From Alphaproteobacteria bacterium (GTDB lineage: Bacteria; Pseudomonadota; Alphaproteobacteria; CALKHQ01), in the NCBI GenBank assembly GCA_965227515.1, contig CBDDFZ010000001.1, forward strand, positions 3,615,692 through 3,679,691: a stretch of DNA of 64,000 bases, written 5' to 3'. A model generated the notes under the pieces. The model did no database searches. It was given only the letters and a program-made list of their open reading frames with translations, and was not told the origin of the DNA. Positions 15,846 through 24,782 of this stretch are shown in pieces; position 1 is the stretch's first letter, and every line of letters starts with the position of its first letter. The translations under genes and the position numbers were made by a program.

Positions 15846-17938
15846 GCGTCGTCTCCGAATGGCCACAGCACCAGGCTGCCCGAGGGTTGGCGTGCGCAGG
15901 CGGCACCGGGGTCGACCACGATGGTGGTGACCGGGGATTCCACGATGGCCGGACCCGCGATGCGCTCGCCCGGCGGCATCGCATCGAAGGCCAGCACGGC
16001 GGCATCCACCTTGCCATGGCCGGGGAAATAGGCGGGCCGGCTGGCGTGTCCGGTGGCGGCACCGGGCGCGGCCGTCAGCGTGCCGAGGTCGCTGTCGCGC
16101 AGCCGGCAGCGCACCACCACCGACCAGCTTACGATCTCGATGTTGGAGCCTTCGTCGGCGACCGCGAACTGCTCCTCATGTGCGGCATTGAAGTCAGCCT
16201 CCAGCGCCGTGACATCGTCGTCGCTGTCGAAGCGGTCCTTGCGCAACGGCACTTCGATCTCCCACACCTGGTCGGGGTAGCGCGCCTCCATGAAGAACTG
16301 CAGCGCGGTCGACCGCGCGCCCTGCCCGGCATCGGCGGCGAAGGCACGCGCCTGGTCCGCCAGGTCGACGAGCACGGCGTTGACGCCCGCACGGTCAAAG
16401 CGCCCGGTATGGGCGTAGAAGGTGCGGCGATACTCGGCGCTGAGGTCGGAGGCGAGCGCACCGGCGGCGCTGAGCGCGGCGCCCACATCCGGCAGCACCA
16501 CCTCCGCGCAGCCCAGCCGCTGAGCCATGGCGCAGGCGTTCAGTCCGGCAGCACCACCGCCGCCGATCAGCACCGCCTGGCTGGCGTCGATGCCCTGGTT
16601 GACGGCGATGTCCATGATCGCCTGGACCATGTTCTCGGTCGCGAGCGCGACGATGGCGGCCGCTGCTTCTTGAAGATCTAGCCCCAATGGCGCCGCCACG
16701 TCCGTTGTCACCGCCTGTTCCGCCGCCGCGCGGTCAAGCTGGATGCCGCCGCCGAGGAAGTAGTCCGCGTCGATGTAGCCCAGCACCAGGGCGGCATCGC
16801 TCAGCGTCGGGCGGGTGCCGCCGCGTCCGTAGCAGGCCGGCCCCGGCACCGCGCCGGCACTGTCCGGCCCCACGTGCAGCAAGCCGGCCGGGTCGACCCA
16901 GGCGATGCTGCCGCCACCGGCGCCGATGCTCTTCACGTCGACCGACGGCAGGCCGGTCATGTGGCCGCGAAAGGGCTGGCCGATCCAGGTCTCGCGGGTG
17001 CGCGGAATGTGGCCGCGCCGCACAACGCTGACATCGAAGGTGGTGCCGCCGGTGTCGGCGACGATGACGGTCTCCGCCTTGCTGTCGAGGGCGGCGTAGT
17101 GGCGGCCGGCGACCGGCGCCATCGACGGGCCGGAGTTGATCAGGTGGACCGGCGCCTCAGCCACCACGGCCGCATCCATCACCCCGCCCTGCGAGGTGAT
17201 GATCAGCACCCGGCCGCCGAAGCCGGCATCGCGCAACCGCCCCTCCAGGTCGCGCATGTAGGCGCCCATCAGCGGTTTCAGCGAGGCATCGAGGCAGGTG
17301 GCGCTGGCCCGCCGGTATTCGCGCAGCGACGGGTTGGCCGCATGCGAAAGCGTGACCGGCACACCCGGCAGGTGCTCGGCCAGCAGCGCGCCGACGCGCT
17401 GTTCGTGCGCGGGATTGACGATCGACCACAGCAGACAGACGCCAACCGCCTCGACCTTCAGCTCTCGAAGGCGGCCGATGGTCTCGATCAGGGCCGCCTC
17501 GTCCAGGTCGCGGCGGATCGAGCCGTCGGCCATGATCCGCTCCGCAACCTCGAAGGTCAGCGCCTTCGGCACATAGGGTTCGGGGTACGGCACGGTGAAG
17601 TTGAACGGTTCGCTGCGCCCGCCCTCGCGGAACACCAGAATGTCGGGGTGGCCCTCGGTGGTCAGGAACGCGGTGCGGGCAGTGCGCCCGGTGACGATGG
17701 CGTTGATGGCGTGGGTGGTGCCGTGGATGAACAGTTCGCCCCGCCCCAGCAATTCGCCAAGACCTATGCCAAGCCCGTCGGCCGCCGCGGCCAGGCTGTC
17801 GAGCACACCGCGCACCGGGTCGTCGGGCGTGGTCGGCGCCTTGGTCATGCGAAGCGCGCCGGTATCGTCCTCGATCACCAGGTCGGTGAAGGTGCCGCCG
17901 GTATCGACGGCGAAGCGCAGCGCGCCGGTCAGGCTCAT
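15842..17938 (-). CDS. hyuA: hydantoinase A/oxoprolinase family protein (pair 1)
   Basis: 698 aa with the N-terminal ATPase motif VDTGGTFTD. Confidence 0.9.
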   Translation of the reverse strand: MSLTGALRFAVDTGGTFTDLVIEDDTGALRMTKAPTTPDDPVRGVLDSLAAAADGLGIGLGELLGRGELFIHGTTHAINAIVTGRTARTAFLTTEGHPDILVFREGGRSEPFNFTVPYPEPYVPKALTFEVAERIMADGSIRRDLDEAALIETIGRLRELKVEAVGVCLLWSIVNPAHEQRVGALLAEHLPGVPVTLSHAANPSLREYRRASATCLDASLKPLMGAYMRDLEGRLRDAGFGGRVLIITSQGGVMDAAVVAEAPVHLINSGPSMAPVAGRHYAALDSKAETVIVADTGGTTFDVSVVRRGHIPRTRETWIGQPFRGHMTGLPSVDVKSIGAGGGSIAWVDPAGLLHVGPDSAGAVPGPACYGRGGTRPTLSDAALVLGYIDADYFLGGGIQLDRAAAEQAVTTDVAAPLGLDLQEAAAAIVALATENMVQAIMDIAVNQGIDASQAVLIGGGGAAGLNACAMAQRLGCAEVVLPDVGAALSAAGALASDLSAEYRRTFYAHTGRFDRAGVNAVLVDLADQARAFAADAGQGARSTALQFFMEARYPDQVWEIEVPLRKDRFDSDDDVTALEADFNAAHEEQFAVADEGSNIEIVSWSVVVRCRLRDSDLGTLTAAPGAATGHASRPAYFPGHGKVDAAVLAFDAMPPGERIAGPAIVESPVTTIVVDPGAACARQPSGSLVLWPFGDDA

Positions 17939-19038
17939 GTAGCTATCCCAGGAGAGTCGATCCGCGCACCGGCGTGGTCGAACACGTGGACGGCGGCCGG
18001 CGCCACGGCGAGCGCCGCCGGCTGGCCGGCTTCAAGCGGTGCGTCCGGGCGGGTGCGGACCCGCAGCGAGACATCATCGCCAACCTGGACATCGCAATAG
18101 AGGTCCGACCCGGCGTACTCGACCCGGGTCACTGTGCCGTCCATCCGGTTGGCGGCATCGGGGCCTGGCGCCACCACGAGGTCGCTCGGGCGGATACCGA
18201 TGGTGACGCTGCGGTCCTGCTGGCCGCTGAAATGCGCGCGGGTCGCCAGCGTCAGCCCCCGCGCGCTGACCGCGCCGTCGTCGGCGATATCCGCAGCCAC
18301 GAAGTTCATCTGCGGGCTGCCGACGAACCCGGCGACGAAGATGTTGGCCGGCCGCTGGTAGACCTCGTGCGGGGTGCCCACCTGCTGCAACTGCCCGTCG
18401 CGCAGCACCACGATGCGGTCCGCCATCGTCATCGCCTCGAGCTGGTCGTGGGTGACGTAGACATTGGCGCGGCCCACCGCCTCGTGCACATCCAGCAGGT
18501 TGCGCCGCATCTCCGTTCGCAGCAGGGCGTCGAGGTTGGAGAGCGGCTCGTCCATCAGGAAGGCGACCGGCTGGCGGATGATCGCGCGGGCCAGGGCCAC
18601 CCGCTGGCGCTGTCCGCCGGAAAGCTGGCCCGGCAGCTTGTTGAGCTGGGATTCCAGGTCGACCAGGCGCGCCGCCTCAGCCACCCGCTCCATCACCTGC
18701 GCGCGCGGCGGGCGCTGTGCCCAGCGGGCGCGCAGCGGGAAGCTGATGTTCTGCGCCACCGTCATGTGCGGGTAGAGCGCATAGTTCTGGAACACCATCG
18801 CCACGTCGCGGTCACGCGGCGGCACGTAGTTGACCAGCTTGCCGCCGACATAGATCTCGCCGTCGGTCAGATCCTCGATGCCGGCGATCAGCTTCAGCAG
18901 CGTGCTCTTGCCGCAGCCGGACGGGCCGAGCAGCACGACGAACTCGTTCTCCGCGATCTGCAGCGAGAAGTCCTGCACCGCCACGTGCTCGCCGTAGTCC
19001 TTGGTCACCGCGACGAATTCGATCGCAGGCTCGGTCAT
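17935..19038 (-). CDS. ABC transporter ATP-binding protein, MalK/UgpC (CUT1) type
   Basis: [31 protein letters not shown] and a C-terminal TOBE-like domain. ATGA overlap with hyuA. Confidence 0.9.
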   Translation of the reverse strand: MTEPAIEFVAVTKDYGEHVAVQDFSLQIAENEFVVLLGPSGCGKSTLLKLIAGIEDLTDGEIYVGGKLVNYVPPRDRDVAMVFQNYALYPHMTVAQNISFPLRARWAQRPPRAQVMERVAEAARLVDLESQLNKLPGQLSGGQRQRVALARAIIRQPVAFLMDEPLSNLDALLRTEMRRNLLDVHEAVGRANVYVTHDQLEAMTMADRIVVLRDGQLQQVGTPHEVYQRPANIFVAGFVGSPQMNFVAADIADDGAVSARGLTLATRAHFSGQQDRSVTIGIRPSDLVVAPGPDAANRMDGTVTRVEYAGSDLYCDVQVGDDVSLRVRTRPDAPLEAGQPAALAVAPAAVHVFDHAGARIDSPGIAT

Positions 19039-19045
19039 TTGGTGG

Positions 19046-19921
19046 TCATTCCTTCAAGGCTCCGGCCAGGTTCTGCGCGATGAAAAAGCGCTGCAAGAAC
19101 ACGAACATCAAGGTGATCGGCACCGCGGCCAGCAGCGAGGCCGCGCTGATCAGGCCCCAGTCGACGGTGAAGATCGCCTTCAGGCTGGCGATGCCGACGG
19201 TCAGCACCTGCATCTCCTCGTCCTGCACCGCGACCAGCGGCCACAGGAAGCTGGTGTACTGGATCATGAAGGTGAAGACGGCATGGACCACCAGCCCCGG
19301 CTTCACCAGCGGCAGGATGATCTGGACGAAGATGCCGATCTCCCCGGAGCCGTCCAGGCGGGCGGAATGGTCCAGGTCCTGCGGCAGCGAGACGATGAAG
19401 CTCCTGATCATGAAGATGCCGATGGGGTTGGCCAGCGGCGGCAGGATCAGCGCCCAGTATGTGTTCAGGAGGTCGAGCCAGCGGACCAGGAAGTAGAGCG
19501 GAATCACCAGTGCCGCGATGGGGATGGCGACCGAGAACAGCAGCGTCGCGGTGATCGCCAGCCGGCCGGTGAAGCGCATCTTGGCCAGCGCATAGGCCGC
19601 CATGGCGTCGATCAGCACCTTGACCACCGTGATGGTGCCGGCGACGAACAGCGTGTTCAGAGTCCACTCCAGGAACAGATGGTCGGTGAACAGGCTGGTG
19701 TAGTTGCCCCAGAAGAAGACGTCGGGGATCCATTCCGGCGGATAGGTGAACAGCGAGCGCGTGTCCTTCACCGACGTGGAGAGGACGTACAGGAACGGCA
19801 CGATCGAGACGATGCAGCCGACGATCAGGATGGCGTAGGAGCCGGTGATGGCACCGCTGCCGGGCCGAAGCGCGCGGGAGCCGCGCCATTTTGGCTGGGA
19901 CCGGGAGACCGAGAGCGACAT
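19046..19921 (-). CDS. carbohydrate-type ABC transporter permease (MalG-like)
   Basis: 291 aa from the ATG at 19921, 2 nt after the upstream permease stop. Multi-TM. Confidence 0.85.
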   Translation of the reverse strand: MSLSVSRSQPKWRGSRALRPGSGAITGSYAILIVGCIVSIVPFLYVLSTSVKDTRSLFTYPPEWIPDVFFWGNYTSLFTDHLFLEWTLNTLFVAGTITVVKVLIDAMAAYALAKMRFTGRLAITATLLFSVAIPIAALVIPLYFLVRWLDLLNTYWALILPPLANPIGIFMIRSFIVSLPQDLDHSARLDGSGEIGIFVQIILPLVKPGLVVHAVFTFMIQYTSFLWPLVAVQDEEMQVLTVGIASLKAIFTVDWGLISAASLLAAVPITLMFVFLQRFFIAQNLAGALKE

Positions 19922-19923
19922 CG

Positions 19924-20859
19924 TCAGCGACGCTCCCGCAACAGGAAGGTCTGCGCCACCGTCAGCAGCAGGACGACAACCACCAGCGTCAGCGACAGGG
20001 CGGACCCGAAGCCAGTCTCGTTGAACGAGAACAGGCTGCGATAGATGTACCAGGCGACGGTGGCGGTGGAGTTCACCGGGCCGCCGTCGGTCAGCACGAA
20101 CACGCTGTCGAAGAGCTGCAGGTTGACGATGGTGGCGAAGATCACCGCGAAATAGAACGTCGGCTTCAACAGCGGCAGGGTGAGCTGCACGAAGCGGCGC
20201 ACCGGGCCAGCGCCGTCGAGTTCGGCGGCGTAGTAGAGCTCGCGCGGCAAGGCGACGATGCCGGCCAGGAACAACAGGGTCCAGAAGCCGACCCCGCGCC
20301 AGACCTCGATCATCGCAATGGTCGGCAGGGCCAGACTGCGGTCGCCCAGGAAGTTGATCGCCTCGCCGGAGACCCAGCGCGAGATCACGTTCAGCACGCC
20401 GAAGTCCGGGTGTAGCACGAATGTCCACATCAGGGCCGCGATCAGCACCGGCTGCAACGTGGGCAGATAGAGGATGGAGCGGATGGTCACCGCGCCCTTC
20501 GGGATCGCGTTCAGGCACAGCGCCATGATCATCGCGATGACGAACACCGCCGGGATCGCCATCGCGCAATAGAGCAGCGTGTTGAAGATGGTCTTCACCA
20601 CCATGCGGTCGCCGAACACGTCCTCCCAGTTGTCCAGCCAGACGAACTCCGGCGCGCCCAGCACGCCGCCCTCCTGGAACGTCAGCCAGACCAGCCAGCC
20701 CATCGGAAAGATCAGGAATACGCCGAACGCCAGCAGGTTCGGCGCCAGGAAGCCATAGGCGACCAGCGTGCGGCGCAGATTGTAGCGCCGGCGCAGGCGC
20801 CGGTGCTCCGCCGCGCTCAGGCGCGGGCGCGGGGTGGAATGCTCGACCGTCTCTGTCAT
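19924..20859 (-). CDS. carbohydrate-type ABC transporter permease (MalF-like)
   Basis: 311 aa, multi-TM, BPD transporter pattern. Confidence 0.85.
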   Translation of the reverse strand: MTETVEHSTPRPRLSAAEHRRLRRRYNLRRTLVAYGFLAPNLLAFGVFLIFPMGWLVWLTFQEGGVLGAPEFVWLDNWEDVFGDRMVVKTIFNTLLYCAMAIPAVFVIAMIMALCLNAIPKGAVTIRSILYLPTLQPVLIAALMWTFVLHPDFGVLNVISRWVSGEAINFLGDRSLALPTIAMIEVWRGVGFWTLLFLAGIVALPRELYYAAELDGAGPVRRFVQLTLPLLKPTFYFAVIFATIVNLQLFDSVFVLTDGGPVNSTATVAWYIYRSLFSFNETGFGSALSLTLVVVVLLLTVAQTFLLRERR

Positions 20860-20900
20860 CTACAGTTTCCGGCCCGGTGTCACAAAACCCGCCATACCGT

Positions 20901-21064
20901 CGTCATGCGCGGACTTGAGGAGCCTGTGCTCGGGCCGGGCCAGGGCCGGTCCCGAGTGCGCATCCACGTCTTCTTGGCCGACGCCGAACCAAAGGCGCGT
21001 ATGGCCCCTCGGGACCGGCCCTCAGGCCGGCCCAAGGGCAGGCTCATCAAGCCCGGCCATGACG
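20901..21064. repeat. REP-like elements between the binding-protein and permease genes
   Basis: CGTCATGC....CATCCACGTCTT (20901-20972) and AAGCCCGGCCATGACG (21049-21064). Same family as 34183-34294 and 56386-56492. Confidence 0.5.
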
Positions 21065-21103
21065 CAATCGAGAGTGGCTGAATTGAGTGCGAGGGCACCA
21101 AGC

Positions 21104-22441
21104 CTAGAGAACGTCGTCGATCGCCTCGCACATCTCCTCGATGGCCTCCGCGCCGGTCAGGTTGCCGAGATAGGCGTCCTCCGCCGTCGGCCACATGGTC
21201 TGCATGGCCTGCAGGATCTTCGGGTGCGGCTGCACGCCCTTCACCGTGGGCACGAACTCGGTCTGCACCTTCTGCATCGACGGGTTGCCGTCGAACAGGC
21301 CGTCGACGATGTCGGAGCGCACCACCTGCAGGTTCACCTGCTCGGCGAAGCGGCCGACCATCGGGCCCGACGCCCAGTGCTTGATGAACTCCCAGGCCTC
21401 CTCCTTGTTCTCGCTCGCCTCGGCAATGCACAGGATGCCGAAATTGCCCATCGCGGTGCGGCCGTGCGGGCCGGCCGGGGCGCGCGCGACATCCCAGCGG
21501 AAGCCTGGGTCGTTGGCCATCAGCTCGGCGATCATCGGCGTCTCGCCATGGTGGATGGCGATGCGGCCGGCCTTGAACATATCGGACATGCCCTGCCAGT
21601 CGACGCTGCCCACCTGCGGGGTCACACCGGCGGCGTGGATGTCGACCAGGAACTGCATCGCCGCCTTGGCATCGTCATTGTCCAGCCCGCACGCCGACCA
21701 GTCGTCGTTGAAGATGTTGGCATTGGCGTTGTGCATGTAGGGGAACCAGTCCCAGAACGCGAAGTCGGCGACGCGGCTGCGCATGGAAAAGCCGAACACG
21801 TCGTCGGTCGTCATCTTCTGCGCCGCTTCCATCATCGCGGCGTAGGAGCCGTCCCAGCTCTCGGTCACGCCGGCGCCGTCGAGCAGGTCGAGATTGAGGA
21901 AGATGTTGTAGACCGCGCCCAGCACCGGCACGCCCCAGGTGCCGCCCTGCTGGATTGCCAGGTCCCACGCGAAGGGCTCGATTGCCTCCTTCTCCGCCGC
22001 CCAGGCCGGGTCGCTGACCATCTCGGTCATGTCGTGCAGCACGCCCTGCTGCGCATATGCCGGATAGATCAGGTCGACCAGGTAGAGCACGTCCGGCGGC
22101 GAGCCGCTGGCGAACCCGGTGGTCAGCTCCGTGTTCATGTTGGCCCAGTCGTACGTGGTGAAGTTCACGTTGACGTTGGGCGCCACGTCACGATTGAAGT
22201 CCTCGATGATCATCGCCTCGAACTCGTGCTCGTTGGCCGAGTGTGGGCCCTTGATCATGGTGATGTCGCCGGTGAGGTCCGTGTTCGGCTCAGCCCAGCT
22301 CCGGCCGCTGGTCGCCATCAGCAAACCGCTGGCGACCGGCAGGGTTAGACCAGCGTGGGCGGCGTGCCGCATGAAGCGACGACGCGACAGGGTTCCGTCA
22401 TGCACACGCAGCGCTAGTCTTTCGATAGACTTATCGATCAT
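21104..22441 (-). CDS. ABC transporter substrate-binding protein (family 1), Tat signal
   Basis: Start MIDKSIE at 22441. The twin-arginine motif SRRRFM is followed by a hydrophobic stretch. Confidence 0.85.
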   Translation of the reverse strand: MIDKSIERLALRVHDGTLSRRRFMRHAAHAGLTLPVASGLLMATSGRSWAEPNTDLTGDITMIKGPHSANEHEFEAMIIEDFNRDVAPNVNVNFTTYDWANMNTELTTGFASGSPPDVLYLVDLIYPAYAQQGVLHDMTEMVSDPAWAAEKEAIEPFAWDLAIQQGGTWGVPVLGAVYNIFLNLDLLDGAGVTESWDGSYAAMMEAAQKMTTDDVFGFSMRSRVADFAFWDWFPYMHNANANIFNDDWSACGLDNDDAKAAMQFLVDIHAAGVTPQVGSVDWQGMSDMFKAGRIAIHHGETPMIAELMANDPGFRWDVARAPAGPHGRTAMGNFGILCIAEASENKEEAWEFIKHWASGPMVGRFAEQVNLQVVRSDIVDGLFDGNPSMQKVQTEFVPTVKGVQPHPKILQAMQTMWPTAEDAYLGNLTGAEAIEEMCEAIDDVL

Positions 22442-22587
22442 GGCCTCAATTCCCCTGTAGTCTGGATGGACGAACAGCGTTCGACAAATCGAAGCGTGAG
22501 CGCCGCTGGAAGCATTGTCAATCGCGATGCAAAATTGTTTCGTGCGACGAAACAGGGGCAAGCCCCGGCTCGGGTCAGAGGAAACGC

Positions 22588-24774
22588 ATGAAAATCACCG
22601 GGTACAGCGACCGCTGGAGCGGCGCGGCGGGCGAGACGATCCGCTTCAATGTGCATTGCGACGCGACCGAATGGCGCGCCGATCTGGTGCGATTGATCCA
22701 TGGCGACGAGAACCCCAAGGGCCCGGGCTTCAAGGAGATCGAACTGGATAGCCCGGTCAACGGCACCTATCCGGGCCGCCGACAGCCGATCCATCCCGGC
22801 AGTTGCGCCGTCATCGAGATGTCCGATCGGTTGCCGCTGCCGGCGGGTTTCACGCTGCTGGCTTGGGTGTGGCCGACGGCGCTGCAACGCGGCCCCTCCA
22901 CGCTTGCATCGTGGGACGGCGTGCGGCTGGGCCTGGACGAAGCGGGCCATTTGGAGTCTTCGGCCGGTGGCGTGCAGATCTCGCTCGGCCGGTCGCTGGT
23001 CGAGCGCGACTGGTATCTGGTCGGCGTGTCGGTCGACGTGGCGGCGGGAAATGTGCGGCTGTTCCGTTGCTCCAGGCGGGCGAACGCCGGCGAGCCGGAA
23101 TTGGACGAGGCGGTGGCCGACTGGCCGGGTGACAGCGACGTCGGGCAACCGACACGGCTGACGTTCGGCGCGTCCTGGGCAACCGGCGATCCCGCGCCAA
23201 GCCGTTGTTTCAATGGCAAGATCGGCGGGCCGGCGCTGTTCGGCGCGGTCCTGACGCCCGTGCAGGCGAAGGTCTGGGCGGATGCCGGTGGTCCGGCCGA
23301 TGACGCCGGCATCGTCGCGCGCTGGGATTTCAGCGCCGGCATCGCGGGCACCGGCATCCACGATGACGGTCCCAATGGATTGCATGGCACGACCCACAAC
23401 CGGCCGACTCGCGGCGTGACCGGGCCGAACTGGACCGGCGCCCAGCCGGGTTTCGCGCAGTCCCCGCGCGAGCACGACGCCATCCACTTCCATGACGACG
23501 ACCTCGGCGAGGCCGGCTGGGACGAGAGCCTCTCCCTTGAGATGCCGGCGGACCTGCCGAGCGCGGTCTATGCCATCCGCCTGCGCTGCGACGGCGGCGA
23601 GGATTACCTGCCCTTCGTCGTGCGGCCGGCGAAGGGCGCGCCGAAGAAGAAGATCGCGTTCCTGATGCCCACACTCTCCTACCTCGCCTATTCGAACGAG
23701 GCGCTCGACGTCAGCGATGCCGTGGTGGTGGCGCCGATGCGCGACATGGGCCTGCAGCCGGAGCGCTATGGCTACATGAACGCCAATGCGCTGAAGAGCA
23801 CCTACGACAGCCACACCGACGGCAGCGGCGTGTGCATGGCCAATCTGCGCCGGCCGATCCTGGACTACCGCCCCAAGGCGCGGTGCCGCACGTTCGATGC
23901 CCCGCATGGGTTCCCCGCCGATCTGTGCCTGGTCGACTGGCTGGAGACCAAGGGCTTCGCATACGACGTGATCACCGACCACGACCTGCACGCCGAAGGC
24001 ACCGACCTGCTGGACGACTATCGCGTGGTGCTGACCGGCTCCCACCCGGAGTACTGGACCGCCGGCATGCTCGACTCGCTCAACGCCTATCTCGATGGCG
24101 GCGGGCGGCTGATGTATCTCGGCGGCAACGGGTTCTATTGGGTGACTGCGGTCGATCCAGAGGATCCGGGTCAGATCGAGATCAGGCGGTTTACCGGCAC
24201 ACGCACCTGGCAGGCACCGCCCGGCGAGTTCCAGATCAGCCTGACCGGCGAGATCGGCGGGCTGTGGCGCGACCGGGGCCGGGCGCCGCAGAAGACCGTG
24301 GGCGTCGGGTTCACCGGCCAGGGTTTCGATCGCGGCGTACCCTTCCGCCGCACCCCCGAGAGCCACGACGCGCGGGCCGCGTTCGTGTTCGATGGCGTGG
24401 ATCGCGAGGTGTTCGGCGCCGGCCCGTCGCTGGTGTTGCATCACGGCGCCGGCGGCTTTGAGGTCGACAAGGCCAACCGCCTGCTGGGGACGCCGGCCCA
24501 CGCCATGGTGCTGGCGTCGACCTTCGGCCTCAGCGACGCCTACCAGATGTGTATCGAGGAGCGGAGGGCGTCGATGCCCGACACCGGTGGCACCGTGTGC
24601 CCCGATATCGGGGCCGACATGGTGTTGCTGCCCTATCCCAACGGCGGCGCCGTGTTCAGCGTTGGCTCAATCTCGTGGATCTATACGTTGTCGGGCAACG
24701 GCTATGCCGGCGACACCTCGCGCATCACCGAAAACGTCCTGCGCCGTTTCGCGGAGGACCCCGCTCCGGTCTGA
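22588..24774 (+). CDS. N,N-dimethylformamidase large (beta) subunit-like protein (LamG-like N-domain plus amidase-like C-domain)
   Basis: 728 aa, AGAGGAAA SD. The overall architecture and length resemble DmfA2-type proteins by recollection. No small-subunit gene is adjacent. Confidence 0.6.
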   Translation: MKITGYSDRWSGAAGETIRFNVHCDATEWRADLVRLIHGDENPKGPGFKEIELDSPVNGTYPGRRQPIHPGSCAVIEMSDRLPLPAGFTLLAWVWPTALQRGPSTLASWDGVRLGLDEAGHLESSAGGVQISLGRSLVERDWYLVGVSVDVAAGNVRLFRCSRRANAGEPELDEAVADWPGDSDVGQPTRLTFGASWATGDPAPSRCFNGKIGGPALFGAVLTPVQAKVWADAGGPADDAGIVARWDFSAGIAGTGIHDDGPNGLHGTTHNRPTRGVTGPNWTGAQPGFAQSPREHDAIHFHDDDLGEAGWDESLSLEMPADLPSAVYAIRLRCDGGEDYLPFVVRPAKGAPKKKIAFLMPTLSYLAYSNEALDVSDAVVVAPMRDMGLQPERYGYMNANALKSTYDSHTDGSGVCMANLRRPILDYRPKARCRTFDAPHGFPADLCLVDWLETKGFAYDVITDHDLHAEGTDLLDDYRVVLTGSHPEYWTAGMLDSLNAYLDGGGRLMYLGGNGFYWVTAVDPEDPGQIEIRRFTGTRTWQAPPGEFQISLTGEIGGLWRDRGRAPQKTVGVGFTGQGFDRGVPFRRTPESHDARAAFVFDGVDREVFGAGPSLVLHHGAGGFEVDKANRLLGTPAHAMVLASTFGLSDAYQMCIEERRASMPDTGGTVCPDIGADMVLLPYPNGGAVFSVGSISWIYTLSGNGYAGDTSRITENVLRRFAEDPAPV

Positions 24775-24782
24775 GGGGAACT

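Noticed and set aside
20834-22348. 504-aa ORF on the plus strand
   Set aside because: It lies antisense to the Tat-signal binding-protein gene and runs through the REP elements. It is a shadow ORF.
22438-24501. 687-aa ORF on the minus strand
   Set aside because: It is a shadow of the DMFase-like gene on the plus strand, with an Arg/Ala/Gly-rich composition, no motifs and no plausible SD.
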